The notes under the pieces are model-generated. The model saw only the letters and a list, made by a program, of their open reading frames with translations. It searched no databases and was not told the origin of the DNA. 44,164 bases of DNA, from NCBI GenBank assembly GCA_016839745.1, contig JAEOTS010000059.1:1-44164 (forward strand), written 5' to 3'. Both the position numbers and the translations under genes were made by a program. How positions within the stretch are numbered: the stretch's first letter is position 1; each line of letters opens with the position of its first letter. Positions 1 to 9,391 of the stretch are shown here, in pieces. Source of the DNA: Promethearchaeota archaeon. GTDB taxonomy: Archaea; Asgardarchaeota; Lokiarchaeia; Sigyniarchaeales; SOKP01.

Positions 1-2
1 AA

Positions 3-1106
3 GACTTGAAAATTGTTTGGAAAAAATGGTTAATTAAGAAGTCATTATACAGTAAGGAATCTGAGGTAAATAAGTTAAAGAAACTTGAAAATTTTACTAC
101 TACTCCTGTAGTAACTTCTGGAATAACAAATGGGATATTTTTATGCTGTACTTTGCTCTTAAATCCGGGAGAATTCATTATATCTCCAAATAAGAGATGG
201 GGGAATTATGATAATATCATTGAGAAATTAATCGGGGCTAAAATCAAATCATTCGATTTTTTCATTGAAGAAAAATTCAATATTCAGGGATTAGAAAACG
301 CCATTTATGAAATTTCTGAAAACCAAGAAAAGTTAGTCTTAATTTTAGGATTTCCTAACAATCCTACAGGTTATATCCCTAATAATGAAGAATTAGATGT
401 AATTATTAATAGATTAAAAGAAGTTCAAGAAGATATATCTAAACCGATTATTGTTTTAGTTGACGATGCTTACGAGCCATACATTTATTCTGAAAATGTA
501 ATAAATCGTTCGATTTTTTACGCATTACACGAATTAGAGCAAGATATAATTCCTATTAAGCTAGATGGAATAACAAAGGAAATGTTACTTTATGGAGGGC
601 GTATAGGATTCATTACAATTGGGTTAAAGCCGAATTGGGTTGACAATCAAAAAGAATTAACCGTTTTAAAATCTGAATTAAACAATAAGTTATCCGGGTT
701 AGTTAGAACTACTGTTTCAAATTCAAATCACTTCTATCAAACCATTATCGTCAAACTCTTTAAGGATATCGGTATGGACGGTTTAATCCAAAAACGAGAT
801 AGAGTCAAAAATCTCCTTAAAGAGAGATACAAGAAAATTAATAGTGAACTAAAAAAGATTAATAATTCGAATTTTTCAGTAGATCCAAACGCGGGTGGTT
901 TCTTTATCTTTGTTAATTTAAACCCTAATAAAATTAGTGCTAACCACTTTGCAGATCACCTATTAAGAAAATATAAAATAGGAGTGATCCCTCTTGAAAA
1001 AGAAAGTGATAAAATAAATGGAATTAGAATAGCCTACTGTTCTATAGATTTAACAAATATTCCCGAGTTTGTTAGCCGAATAAATCAAGCGTTAAATGAT
1101 TTTTGA
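3..1106 (+). CDS. PLP-dependent aminotransferase class I/II (5'-truncated by window edge)
   Basis: Motifs PNNPTG, DDAY, KLDGITK (PLP Lys), GGRIGF, GGFF, IRIAY. The frame is open upstream of the TTG at 6, so the true start probably lies outside the window. Confidence 0.9.
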   Translation, partial: DLKIVWKKWLIKKSLYSKESEVNKLKKLENFTTTPVVTSGITNGIFLCCTLLLNPGEFIISPNKRWGNYDNIIEKLIGAKIKSFDFFIEEKFNIQGLENAIYEISENQEKLVLILGFPNNPTGYIPNNEELDVIINRLKEVQEDISKPIIVLVDDAYEPYIYSENVINRSIFYALHELEQDIIPIKLDGITKEMLLYGGRIGFITIGLKPNWVDNQKELTVLKSELNNKLSGLVRTTVSNSNHFYQTIIVKLFKDIGMDGLIQKRDRVKNLLKERYKKINSELKKINNSNFSVDPNAGGFFIFVNLNPNKISANHFADHLLRKYKIGVIPLEKESDKINGIRIAYCSIDLTNIPEFVSRINQALNDF

Positions 1107-1231
1107 GTTAGTTCAAATATTTTCTATATATTATCCCTTTACCTTTTATTTGTTTTTGCACACAGTTAAAAAGTCTGAATTTATAATTTTGTTATAATAA
1201 ATTTGTTAAAAAAATATTTGAGGATTATTAT

Positions 1232-2248
1232 ATGAAACTATTTTTAGTCGATCAAGGTAATTTAAAAGAAATATCTAAGCCAGTATTCTCAACAGGAGAC
1301 GTATATGTAGCTGATGATGATAGAACTATTTATGTATGGATTGGTAGCAAGGCTTCAGTCGACGAAAAGACCGCAGGAGCTGCTCAAGCCCGAACTCTTG
1401 ACCAACAAAGGGGAGGTGCTGCTAAAATAATCACTGTAGACGAAAATCAAGAACCTAATGCGTTTTTAAAGTTAATTAATCCGATGGGTGCCATGAAAGT
1501 CGTTGAAAAGAACTTCGCAAAAACTCTTCTCAAAGATGTAGATACGGGAGATTGGGCAGGATTTGAAGAATGGAAAAATGTTCTATATCGCGTTTCAGCA
1601 GAAGAATTTGAAGGGATTAACTCAATGAAAATGATTCAAGTTCCTTTCGCCAAAGATTCTTTAGATTCAGAAGACTGTTATGTTGCTGATTTAGGAAATA
1701 AAGTTTATGTTTGGCAAGGACGAACGTGCAATGTCAAAGAAAAAGTAAAAGCAGGCCAGTGGGCAAGAAATATTGATGCTGAAAGAGCCGGTTCTCAGAA
1801 TGAACGAATTTTTGAAGAAGGGGACGATTCTGAATTCCTCGCAGCGATTGAAAGGGGAGTAGATTATAGAGAATCTGATGCGGTACAATTAAGAGCTGAA
1901 TCCGTATTAGAACCTGAAACTGAAGCAGATAGAGAGACAGCAGAGATACAACCTGAATTTAAATCGGAAGTAAGAGAGGTTACTCCTGATGAGATTAAAT
2001 CAGATATTGCCCAAATTAAGGAAACTAGTGCTTCAAGTGCAGGTCCGGGAATTCCCGGTTCTGTGGATGATTCAATCTTAACAATTGAGAAGCCAGAGGG
2101 TCGGAGAAAATGTCCAAAATGTGGATTAGAGGACAAATTAATGATCCATGAAACTGTTGATAAGAGTAATATAATACTTGATTATCCGCGAGTTTATGGT
2201 AAAAAATATAAATGCGGAAGCTGTGGAATAGAATGGAGGGAGAAATAA
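1232..2248 (+). CDS. Two-domain gelsolin-family protein with acidic linker and C-terminal Zn-ribbon
   Basis: Two gelsolin repeats (FSTGDVYVADDDRTIYVWIGSKASVDEK; LDSEDCYVADLGNKVYVWQGRTCNVKEK..A), each followed by an E..E...F motif (ENQEPNAF, EGDDSEF); C-terminal CPKC...CGSC. Confidence 0.9.
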   Translation: MKLFLVDQGNLKEISKPVFSTGDVYVADDDRTIYVWIGSKASVDEKTAGAAQARTLDQQRGGAAKIITVDENQEPNAFLKLINPMGAMKVVEKNFAKTLLKDVDTGDWAGFEEWKNVLYRVSAEEFEGINSMKMIQVPFAKDSLDSEDCYVADLGNKVYVWQGRTCNVKEKVKAGQWARNIDAERAGSQNERIFEEGDDSEFLAAIERGVDYRESDAVQLRAESVLEPETEADRETAEIQPEFKSEVREVTPDEIKSDIAQIKETSASSAGPGIPGSVDDSILTIEKPEGRRKCPKCGLEDKLMIHETVDKSNIILDYPRVYGKKYKCGSCGIEWREK

Positions 2249-2249
2249 C

Positions 2250-2303
2250 TCCCCAGTAAAAAATAAATAATTATTTTTATCTTTTTTTAAAATTTTTCGT
2301 CAT
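2250..2303. terminator. A/T-tract region between convergent genes, likely bidirectional archaeal terminator
   Basis: T-runs on + (2274-2297) and A-runs (T on -) between two convergent stop codons. Confidence 0.4.
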
Positions 2304-3584
2304 TTATGCAGTTTTTTTAATATCTCTGCGTAGTATTTTTATTTTTTTCTTTAACTCAACTAGTTCTTTTTCCTTGACTTCGAGTTGTGATTCTACTTTC
2401 AGTTTATCATCCTTTACATTCTGCATTTCGGTTAATATTCTATCTTCAATCTGTTCAGCTTCAAAAATTTTATTTTTCAGGCTATCTTCTTTTTCTCTAA
2501 GTTCTTTTATTTCGGAAACCTGTTCATCAACCACATTTCTAAGATTCATTATTTCTAATTCAAGTTTTCCAGTGATATTACCAGATTTTTCCTGGGATTC
2601 TTCCAATCTTACCTGAATTTGATTGATAAATTCTTCATTCGTTAGGTTTTTTTGTGTCAATTTTTCAATTTCTATTACTAAATTTTTGATACGTTCTTCC
2701 TTTTTTGACAAATCCTTTTTAACTAAGCTGAAAGTTTCTAATTTCTGCTGTAACTCTTTTATTGATTGAACTGACGATTGATGAGAGCTTTCAAGGCTAA
2801 AAATCTCTTTTTCTTTTTCTGTAATAATTTCATCTTTTTTTTCTAGTAGGATCTTAACTTTTTCAAATTTAGATTTTTGGACAGTATCATTCTCTAAATA
2901 TTGAATTTGTTCCATTAACTCCTTGATTTTTTCATCTTTTTCTTGTAATCTCACAACAAGCCCAGTGTTAGCTAGTTGTTCAGATTTTATTTGCTCTAAA
3001 TCGGAGTTAAGGCCTTCTACTTCTTGAGATCGCTCTGCAATACTTTTATTTAATTTTTCAATCTCAATTTTTTGGTCTTGAATGATTTGATTTTTTTCAT
3101 TGGCGGAGAATTCGAACTCTTCAATTTGCTTGTTTTTTTCTCCTAATTTAGATTGAAGCGATTCAATTTCTTTTTCTTTACTTTCAATTGATTTGCTTAC
3201 TTCTAAATCTACTACATTAGTTTCGTTAAGAAATTCGACTTTTGACTCGAGATCTTGTATTAGATTATCTTTTTCAATTACTTTTTGTAATAAATCTTCT
3301 ATGGTAGCATTATTTTCTTTAGTTAATTGAATTGACTTTTCTTTTTCCATGTTAAAAGTATCAGAAATGGTTTTAAGGCTTTCGTATTCTTCCTTAAGCG
3401 TGCTAATTTCATCAGTTAGTTTTTTATTCTGTTCAATAAAGAAATTTAGTTGGTCTCTTATTTTATCTTCCTCAGAAGTTGGAATCTCCTCTTCTTCATC
3501 TTTCTCTTCTATCCAACCAAGTGAACTTAGCGCATCTACCATAGATGTGTCTTCTTCTTTTTGATCCCTCTGTTCATCAGACAT
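2304..3584 (-). CDS. Long coiled-coil protein, function unknown
   Basis: 426 aa, E/K/L/I-rich heptads over nearly the whole length; short acidic N-terminal head; no NTPase motifs. Confidence 0.8.
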   Translation of the reverse strand: MSDEQRDQKEEDTSMVDALSSLGWIEEKDEEEEIPTSEEDKIRDQLNFFIEQNKKLTDEISTLKEEYESLKTISDTFNMEKEKSIQLTKENNATIEDLLQKVIEKDNLIQDLESKVEFLNETNVVDLEVSKSIESKEKEIESLQSKLGEKNKQIEEFEFSANEKNQIIQDQKIEIEKLNKSIAERSQEVEGLNSDLEQIKSEQLANTGLVVRLQEKDEKIKELMEQIQYLENDTVQKSKFEKVKILLEKKDEIITEKEKEIFSLESSHQSSVQSIKELQQKLETFSLVKKDLSKKEERIKNLVIEIEKLTQKNLTNEEFINQIQVRLEESQEKSGNITGKLELEIMNLRNVVDEQVSEIKELREKEDSLKNKIFEAEQIEDRILTEMQNVKDDKLKVESQLEVKEKELVELKKKIKILRRDIKKTA

Positions 3585-3679
3585 AATATTATAAAATCAA
3601 TATTCCTATTTATTTTAATCTAAACTACATTATACGCGAACTCTGACTTATGAAAAAAAAGAATTAGTCGTCAATATTA

Positions 3680-4159
3680 CTAGTATTCTTTAGTGAAAAC
3701 ATACTTTCTGTCTAAAAAGAATTTTGTTAAATATCCAATAGAGAGTGCGATAATAAAGCTCAATTCTAATGGTGTATTGAAAAAATTTGTTAAGAGGAAC
3801 TGGATTCCAATGTTTTCTATAGTAGTTAAAATGGCAAACCCGAAGTACTTCAAAAATTCTTGTGAGGTTTCCTTAAGTTTTAAGCTCGATTTCTTGAAGA
3901 CGATGTATTTATCTAAAAAGAATTTGATAATATAAGTAATACCAACAGCCGCGATTGAACCCATCAATTCAGGCATATTAATAGGGTTTGTAGAACAATA
4001 AATCATATGAACAAATTCGTTGCTTCCAAGAGTGCTACAAATAAAAGGAGCTATAGCAAGTTGATTAACTTTTTGTATAATATAGTTTAAAATAATCATG
4101 CAAGCAGCAAAAATGAAGTATAAAACCAATTGCCTTTTCATATCATTTTGTTCTTCCAT
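3680..4159 (-). CDS. GtrA-family membrane protein (putative lipid-linked sugar flippase)
   Basis: 4 TM in two internal half-repeats: QLVLYF...KFFLDKYIVF and EFLKYF...KFFLDRKYVF, a typical GtrA pattern. Confidence 0.8.
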   Translation of the reverse strand: MEEQNDMKRQLVLYFIFAACMIILNYIIQKVNQLAIAPFICSTLGSNEFVHMIYCSTNPINMPELMGSIAAVGITYIIKFFLDKYIVFKKSSLKLKETSQEFLKYFGFAILTTIENIGIQFLLTNFFNTPLELSFIIALSIGYLTKFFLDRKYVFTKEY

Positions 4160-4207
4160 AAGTACTATTGTTTAAAATTGGTTAGTTCAGTTAAATCTCA
4201 ATTTAAT

Positions 4208-4846
4208 TCATTTTTTTATGCGATCTTTCCATGAATCAACTTTCATTTGATCGTCTTCATCTAATTGTATGTCTTCATTTACTACTGCTTGTATTGATTC
4301 ATCAGGTAGTGATCTAGTTAAATGGAGATGTTGCTCTTGATCTTCTGTTTGGGGTGATAAACCCCCTAAAATACCTCCTAATGGTTTTTTACGTTTAACT
4401 TCCTTACCCGTTAATTTCCGGTATAATCTTTTTAAACCATATAAAATTAAACTAAACGAAATTGAAAATAAGAAGTAAATAGCGAACCAACCAGATCCAA
4501 AAAACCAAAGATCAAATGGGAGTAAATTTTTTTCGTAATTTGCGTATATTACTCCAATCAAAGCAAATATTCCAAGAAATATAATACATCTTACACAAGA
4601 AGGAATCAATTGTTTTTTCATCATTTGTTTCGTTAACTCAATTGATTCTTGCTGGAGTTCCATCATTTCCTGAGGGTTTCCAGTGAGGCTTGCGGTTCTC
4701 ATTCGTTCCTGTAAGTTCTGTGATTTATCTCTTATTTCTCTCGCAGCTTCCATATTTAAACCAAAAATTCTATTAAGAACCTCTCCTAGACTTACCATTC
4801 CGATTGTGATAAGCATTATTTGGATAATGATATCTCCGTTTGTCAT
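4208..4846 (-). CDS. DUF106/EMC3/TMCO1-like (Oxa1 superfamily) membrane protein
   Basis: TM1, cytosolic helical hairpin (IRDKSQNLQERMRTA...MMELQQE...QMMK), P-containing TM2, LLPF loop, GW..IYFLFS TM3; extra acidic C-terminal tail. Confidence 0.75.
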   Translation of the reverse strand: MTNGDIIIQIMLITIGMVSLGEVLNRIFGLNMEAAREIRDKSQNLQERMRTASLTGNPQEMMELQQESIELTKQMMKKQLIPSCVRCIIFLGIFALIGVIYANYEKNLLPFDLWFFGSGWFAIYFLFSISFSLILYGLKRLYRKLTGKEVKRKKPLGGILGGLSPQTEDQEQHLHLTRSLPDESIQAVVNEDIQLDEDDQMKVDSWKDRIKK

Positions 4847-5068
4847 TAAATCATCACAAATATAGGAAAAGTATGATTTTAATTAAATTTTATCAATTCA
4901 ACTTAGTAAAAAACAAGAACAGAGTAATCTTGTTAAAAGTAAACATATAATTAAGTTTCTTTTAATGTTCTTTTAGATATCTTTACATATATTTAGAACA
5001 TGGTGTTTTTCAATTTGTTGGAGGTTTAGAAAAAAGATATAAAGAGGTAAAGAAATTCCTTATAGTTT

Positions 5069-5404
5069 TTAGGCTTCCGTTCCGCAATTTCTACAAATAT
5101 ATTTTTTCGCGTGTATTTTTATTCCTGCTTGTTGGAATAATACTTGAGATTTGTCTTCCTCTGTATTAAATGAGGTTCCACCACACGCTGGACAGACTCT
5201 TCTTCCTTCTATGGGGGGTTTTTCTTTTGCTTTTTCTTCTTCTTCTTGTTTTTCAACAATTACAGAAGGTTTAACATATGAATCTTCCGTTGAAGTTGAT
5301 AATTTCGTCGATTCTGCTTTTTTACTTTTTTTAACTAGAAGCATATCAAGTTTTTCGTCAATTTTTCTTAGTAAACTTAAAATTTCCTCTTCAAATTCAG
5401 ACAA
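5069..5404 (-). CDS. Small protein: N-terminal coiled-coil helix, linker, C-terminal Zn-ribbon
   Basis: EILSLLRKIDEKLDMLL helix; EGRRVCPACG...DKS...KKYICRNCG; TTG start with AGAGGAG upstream. Confidence 0.8.
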   Translation of the reverse strand: MSEFEEEILSLLRKIDEKLDMLLVKKSKKAESTKLSTSTEDSYVKPSVIVEKQEEEEKAKEKPPIEGRRVCPACGGTSFNTEEDKSQVLFQQAGIKIHAKKYICRNCGTEA

Positions 5405-5540
5405 TTTAATATCTCCTCTCTATTTGCATCTTGAAATAATCTTTTTATTAAACGATCTTAATCAGATTTTAAAAATTTATGTAAAAAATAGAAATACAGA
5501 AAGGGTTCGGGAAGTGTGAAAATGGAAAATCTTAAAGCTA

Positions 5541-5825
5541 TTATACTATAGGCGCTCTTAACTTATTCTTTGGAATTGCATCAGGATCAAAATTTTTCTC
5601 TTGGAAATATGTGTATATTCCTAAGCTTATTATGAATACCGATAATAGTAAATAACCAATCCAAAAAGAGAGTCCTATAATGAAATTACCAGGATTTACA
5701 ATTCCCTCTTGTTGCGTAAAAATTGCAATACCAATAAAAGCAGATATTGAGCATATGGTTCCGCAAATGCAATCAAAATATATCGCGATCCTCTGGGATC
5801 TAAGATTTTTATGCTGAAACGACAT
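5541..5825 (-). CDS. Small 2-TM hypothetical membrane protein
   Basis: ATG start, two hydrophobic segments, fills the gap between genes. Confidence 0.6.
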   Translation of the reverse strand: MSFQHKNLRSQRIAIYFDCICGTICSISAFIGIAIFTQQEGIVNPGNFIIGLSFWIGYLLLSVFIISLGIYTYFQEKNFDPDAIPKNKLRAPIV

Positions 5826-5942
5826 AATAATATCATTTTTTAAACTAATACTATATTATGATAATCTTAGAAAGTTAATATAAATTTTTGTTAAAGGAAA
5901 ATAGTTTAAACTAAGGTTATTAACTTGTTTTCGAAACAAAGA

Positions 5943-6416
5943 CTACCGATAGATTTGTTCCCTTCTTGTTCCCTCTATAGATTCAAAATAATCAAGAATT
6001 GATTCTTTTATCTCAATTGCGGGAAAAACTAACCTTGATTTGTTAACATATTCTAAAGCGTCGTTCCAACTCCATTTTGGATTTTGTTTTAAAAGCCATG
6101 CTATAATAAGACCGCCACTTCGAGAAATACCCATAGCACAATGAACTAGAACTTTTCCATTCGTTATATGTTGATCTATGAAGGATATAATTTCTTTCAG
6201 ATAATCGTGGGGAGGGTACCAATCGTCTGGAAATCCTTTGTAAAGATACTTAAATCCTAAGGGAGTAGGATCATAATAATTCTCTTCCATTAAATTTACG
6301 ATTGCAGTAATACCAATCTTTTTAAATTTCTTAAAATTTAGCCTTGGCCAATAAGCACCAATGTATAAATTTTTGTGCACCTTATAAATTTGATCTAGTT
6401 CTACCATGTACCTCAA
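5943..6416 (-). CDS. Dual-specificity protein phosphatase
   Basis: P-loop VLVHCAMGISRSG (HCX5R), LYIG, GITAIVNL, FPDD acid loop. Confidence 0.92.
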   Translation of the reverse strand: MRYMVELDQIYKVHKNLYIGAYWPRLNFKKFKKIGITAIVNLMEENYYDPTPLGFKYLYKGFPDDWYPPHDYLKEIISFIDQHITNGKVLVHCAMGISRSGGLIIAWLLKQNPKWSWNDALEYVNKSRLVFPAIEIKESILDYFESIEGTRREQIYR

Positions 6417-6466
6417 AAAGTTTTATTATAATCATTATTAAATTTTATTATATTTATTAAGAATAA

Positions 6467-7609
6467 TTAAGCAGGTAAGAGTTTTAGTTTACTAGGTGAT
6501 TTAAACTTATTTAAAAGGTTACCAAAAAGCGTTCCAAGTCCCATGTTTATAAAAGATCTTTTCAATGCTTGCGTTAACTCTTTATTATTATTATAAATAA
6601 GTAATTGCTTTTCTGAATTTTTATTAATTTTTTTTATAGTTTTACGCATATACTTTTTATAGAGGGTCAGGGGAGGTGTATTATTTTCTTCACCTTTTAT
6701 TATTGCATTTGCTAAAAGTCTACCAATTAAATCTGCTGCGTCCATCCCTAAACCTCGATAGATGTCGACTAATCCTGCTGCATCTCCAATAAATAGCATA
6801 TTGTCACAACCTAAAAACACATGATTAGGAGCATCCAATTTGAATATTGACGCATACCCTTCGCGTTTCACAATTTCTCCCTGTAACCCGAATTTATCTT
6901 GAACGTATTTCAACAAATTATCACACCGTTCGATTAAATTATCAGTATGACCCGTTCCCACTACCCATAACTCATTTTTTTTATACATCCATGCAAACAT
7001 TAAGTTATTAAATTCAAGGTTCCAAAACTGGTAAAGAGTGTGAGGATCTAGATCTCCATCCCCTTCAGTTTTCAGATAATAATTCATCGTTGGAGCTAAG
7101 GGTTTCCGAGCAAAATCATCAGGTCTGATTTTTTTTCTAATTGAAGAAGATAAACCATCTGCAGCAATAACGTACTTAGCTGATACTAGTTCAATATCTT
7201 GGTGTTTTGGTTTGAGCGTTAGTATGTAACTACCATTACTTTCTTTAATATCGTTACATCTTACTCCATCCCTAAATTCTGCTCCTGATTCAATAGCAAT
7301 TTCATTTAACCAATTATCTAAGACATCATGAGTGAAGTTGAACATCTTGAAAGGAAATTTATATAATTTTTCATTCGGAAATTCCATGTAAAGCGTGTTT
7401 AGCTCATTTTGACATAATCTATCTTGGGGTTTTTTTTTACCTAATATTTTATCAAAATATCCAAATTGAATCCTACTGCAAGGTTTCTCTCTTGGAGTAT
7501 TAGCAACTTCCACGATCAAGACTTTTTTACCTGCATTTGCAAGGTATCTTCCCGCAACTGAACCTGCAATAGAACCTCCAACTATTACAACATCATAAAT
7601 TTTAATAAT
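6467..7609 (-). CDS. Geranylgeranyl reductase-family FAD-dependent oxidoreductase (non-canonical ATT start or decaying gene)
   Basis: The frame extends 90 nt upstream of the called TTG (7519) and encodes IIKIYDVVIVGGSIAGSVAGRYLA (FAD Rossmann motif). Also REKPC, VIAADG..S, FIGDAAG. In-frame TAA at 7618-7616. Confidence 0.8.
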   Translation of the reverse strand: MIKIYDVVIVGGSIAGSVAGRYLANAGKKVLIVEVANTPREKPCSRIQFGYFDKILGKKKPQDRLCQNELNTLYMEFPNEKLYKFPFKMFNFTHDVLDNWLNEIAIESGAEFRDGVRCNDIKESNGSYILTLKPKHQDIELVSAKYVIAADGLSSSIRKKIRPDDFARKPLAPTMNYYLKTEGDGDLDPHTLYQFWNLEFNNLMFAWMYKKNELWVVGTGHTDNLIERCDNLLKYVQDKFGLQGEIVKREGYASIFKLDAPNHVFLGCDNMLFIGDAAGLVDIYRGLGMDAADLIGRLLANAIIKGEENNTPPLTLYKKYMRKTIKKINKNSEKQLLIYNNNKELTQALKRSFINMGLGTLFGNLLNKFKSPSKLKLLPA

Positions 7610-7687
7610 TTTTTCTTAACCCCGTAGATGTATGAATAAATAGATTTGAATAAATAATTCTTTAAATTGTAAAAGAAGTAAGAATAT

Positions 7688-8071
7688 TTAATTTTTAGTC
7701 AGATTCCGACTAGCAATTACATTTGATTCTAATCCGAGTATATTTTCTATTAGAATTTCTCCCATCTCTATTGGAGCACTAACTTTGGTATTCGCAATCT
7801 CGATCAACGCTTCACTTAATTTCTCTTTTAGAATCGGTTTATCGGTTCTCACGGGGATTAAAGGTAAAAATCCATTCTCAACTCTGATTGTGGTTGTAAG
7901 GATTCGTTTGGGTTCAAAAAATTCTTGATTCGCATATTCTAAGCCTCTATCACATGTATAACCTTCGAATATTATGCTACCTTTCGGGTCTTTCTTAGCT
8001 TGTATTTCACAGCCAGTAGGACACACAATACACCTTATAACTTTTATAACACTTGCACTACTTTCACTCAT
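7688..8071 (-). CDS. DUF1667-type CxxC/Fe-S small subunit of the GlpA-like operon
   Basis: CIVCPTGC, GYTCDRG..YA, P.RILTTT, LIPVRT; GGAGAG ribosome-binding-like site upstream. Confidence 0.85.
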   Translation of the reverse strand: MSESSASVIKVIRCIVCPTGCEIQAKKDPKGSIIFEGYTCDRGLEYANQEFFEPKRILTTTIRVENGFLPLIPVRTDKPILKEKLSEALIEIANTKVSAPIEMGEILIENILGLESNVIASRNLTKN

Positions 8072-8092
8072 TTCTATACACTCTCCTATAAT

Positions 8093-9391
8093 TTAATCCT
8101 CCTCAATTAATACCTCAGGGCGAGGTATTACTTCTATTGTAATCGATTTGCAGTCAGGAATTATGTTTGCATCTTCTAAATTTAGATTTAGCTCAATCAT
8201 CTCACTAGGAATTACATAAATTTTCTTTCTTTTATAGATTACATTATTATTTTCGTCTTTAAATTGTATTTGAACTCTTCTATCAGGATATTTTACTCTA
8301 AATGTGAAGTTTATCTTTTCAGAGATATCAACTTTATTAATGACATCTGGTTTTACATAATTGACATTATCCCCTGGTATACATTTAATGATATCTTTCT
8401 TCTTTAATTCTTTACCATATCTCGAGTTAATGAATTCTATGGCGTTATTTCCAGCTCTTTTAGCTTCAGCAGTGACCATATCAACTAAATCATGAACTTG
8501 TAATACATTTCCACAAGCAAATATACCTTCGATCGTAGTTTCTAAATTTTCATCCACTACGGGGCCTCCATTTTTAGATAATTCAGCTCCTGCTTGTAAA
8601 GTTAATTCATTTTCGGGAATTAAGCCCACTGATAATAGCAGAGTATCACATTCAATAAATTTGTCTGAACCTATAATTCTATCAAAATTACGATCGACTT
8701 TAGAGATGGTTACTCCTTTAATCCTATCTTTACCATGTATTTTAGTCACAGTATAACTGGTGATTAATGGGATTTCGTAATCTTCTAAACATTGAACTTG
8801 ATTTCGAAGCAAACCGCTGACATAAGGTTGAATTTCTACTACAGCTTTAACTTTACAACCTTCCCAAGTCAATCTACGAGCCATAATCATTCCGATATCT
8901 CCACTTCCTAAGATTACATAAGAATTTCCCGGTAAATAACCTTCAATATTAACGAATCTTTGAGCTTGTCCTGCAGTATAAATACCAGCGGGACGAAATC
9001 CTGGGATATTAATCGCTCCTCTGGGTTTTTCTCTACACCCCATAGCTAATATAACTGCTTTTGCTTTTACCTCAATTAGCCCATCTTTGTTATTGACTGC
9101 ATAAATAACTTTTTCTTTAGTGATTTCGATTACCATGGAATCTAATAAATATGGGATTTTTAAATCTACTATTTGATTTATGAACCTCTGAACATATTCT
9201 GGACCGGTTAATTCTTCTCCAAATTCTTTTAAACCAAATCCATTATGGATGCACTGCAGAGTTATACCTCCTAATTCTCTATCTCTTTCAATAATTAGTA
9301 CATCCAATTTTGCCTTTTTTACTTCGATAGCAGCGGCTAATCCCCCAGCTCCAGCTCCAACCACAACGACATCAGCTTTATATTGCTTCAT
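8093..9391 (-). CDS. NAD(P)/FAD-dependent oxidoreductase, partner of GlpA-like dehydrogenase
   Basis: VVGAGAGG, LGGI..QCIHNGFG, ELTGPEY, AMGCRE, GSGDIG.IMARR, FACGNVLQVHDLVD; ATGA overlap with the upstream gene and GAGGTG SD. Confidence 0.9.
   Translation of the reverse strand: MKQYKADVVVVGAGAGGLAAAIEVKKAKLDVLIIERDRELGGITLQCIHNGFGLKEFGEELTGPEYVQRFINQIVDLKIPYLLDSMVIEITKEKVIYAVNNKDGLIEVKAKAVILAMGCREKPRGAINIPGFRPAGIYTAGQAQRFVNIEGYLPGNSYVILGSGDIGMIMARRLTWEGCKVKAVVEIQPYVSGLLRNQVQCLEDYEIPLITSYTVTKIHGKDRIKGVTISKVDRNFDRIIGSDKFIECDTLLLSVGLIPENELTLQAGAELSKNGGPVVDENLETTIEGIFACGNVLQVHDLVDMVTAEAKRAGNNAIEFINSRYGKELKKKDIIKCIPGDNVNYVKPDVINKVDISEKINFTFRVKYPDRRVQIQFKDENNNVIYKRKKIYVIPSEMIELNLNLEDANIIPDCKSITIEVIPRPEVLIEED

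Noticed and set aside
2304-3584. SMC/Rad50 assignment for the coiled-coil protein
   Set aside because: No Walker A/B, signature motif, hinge or Zn-hook.
5943-6416. Slingshot-like actin-regulator phosphatase linked to the gelsolin
   Set aside because: Minimal generic DSP domain; only loose proximity supports the idea.
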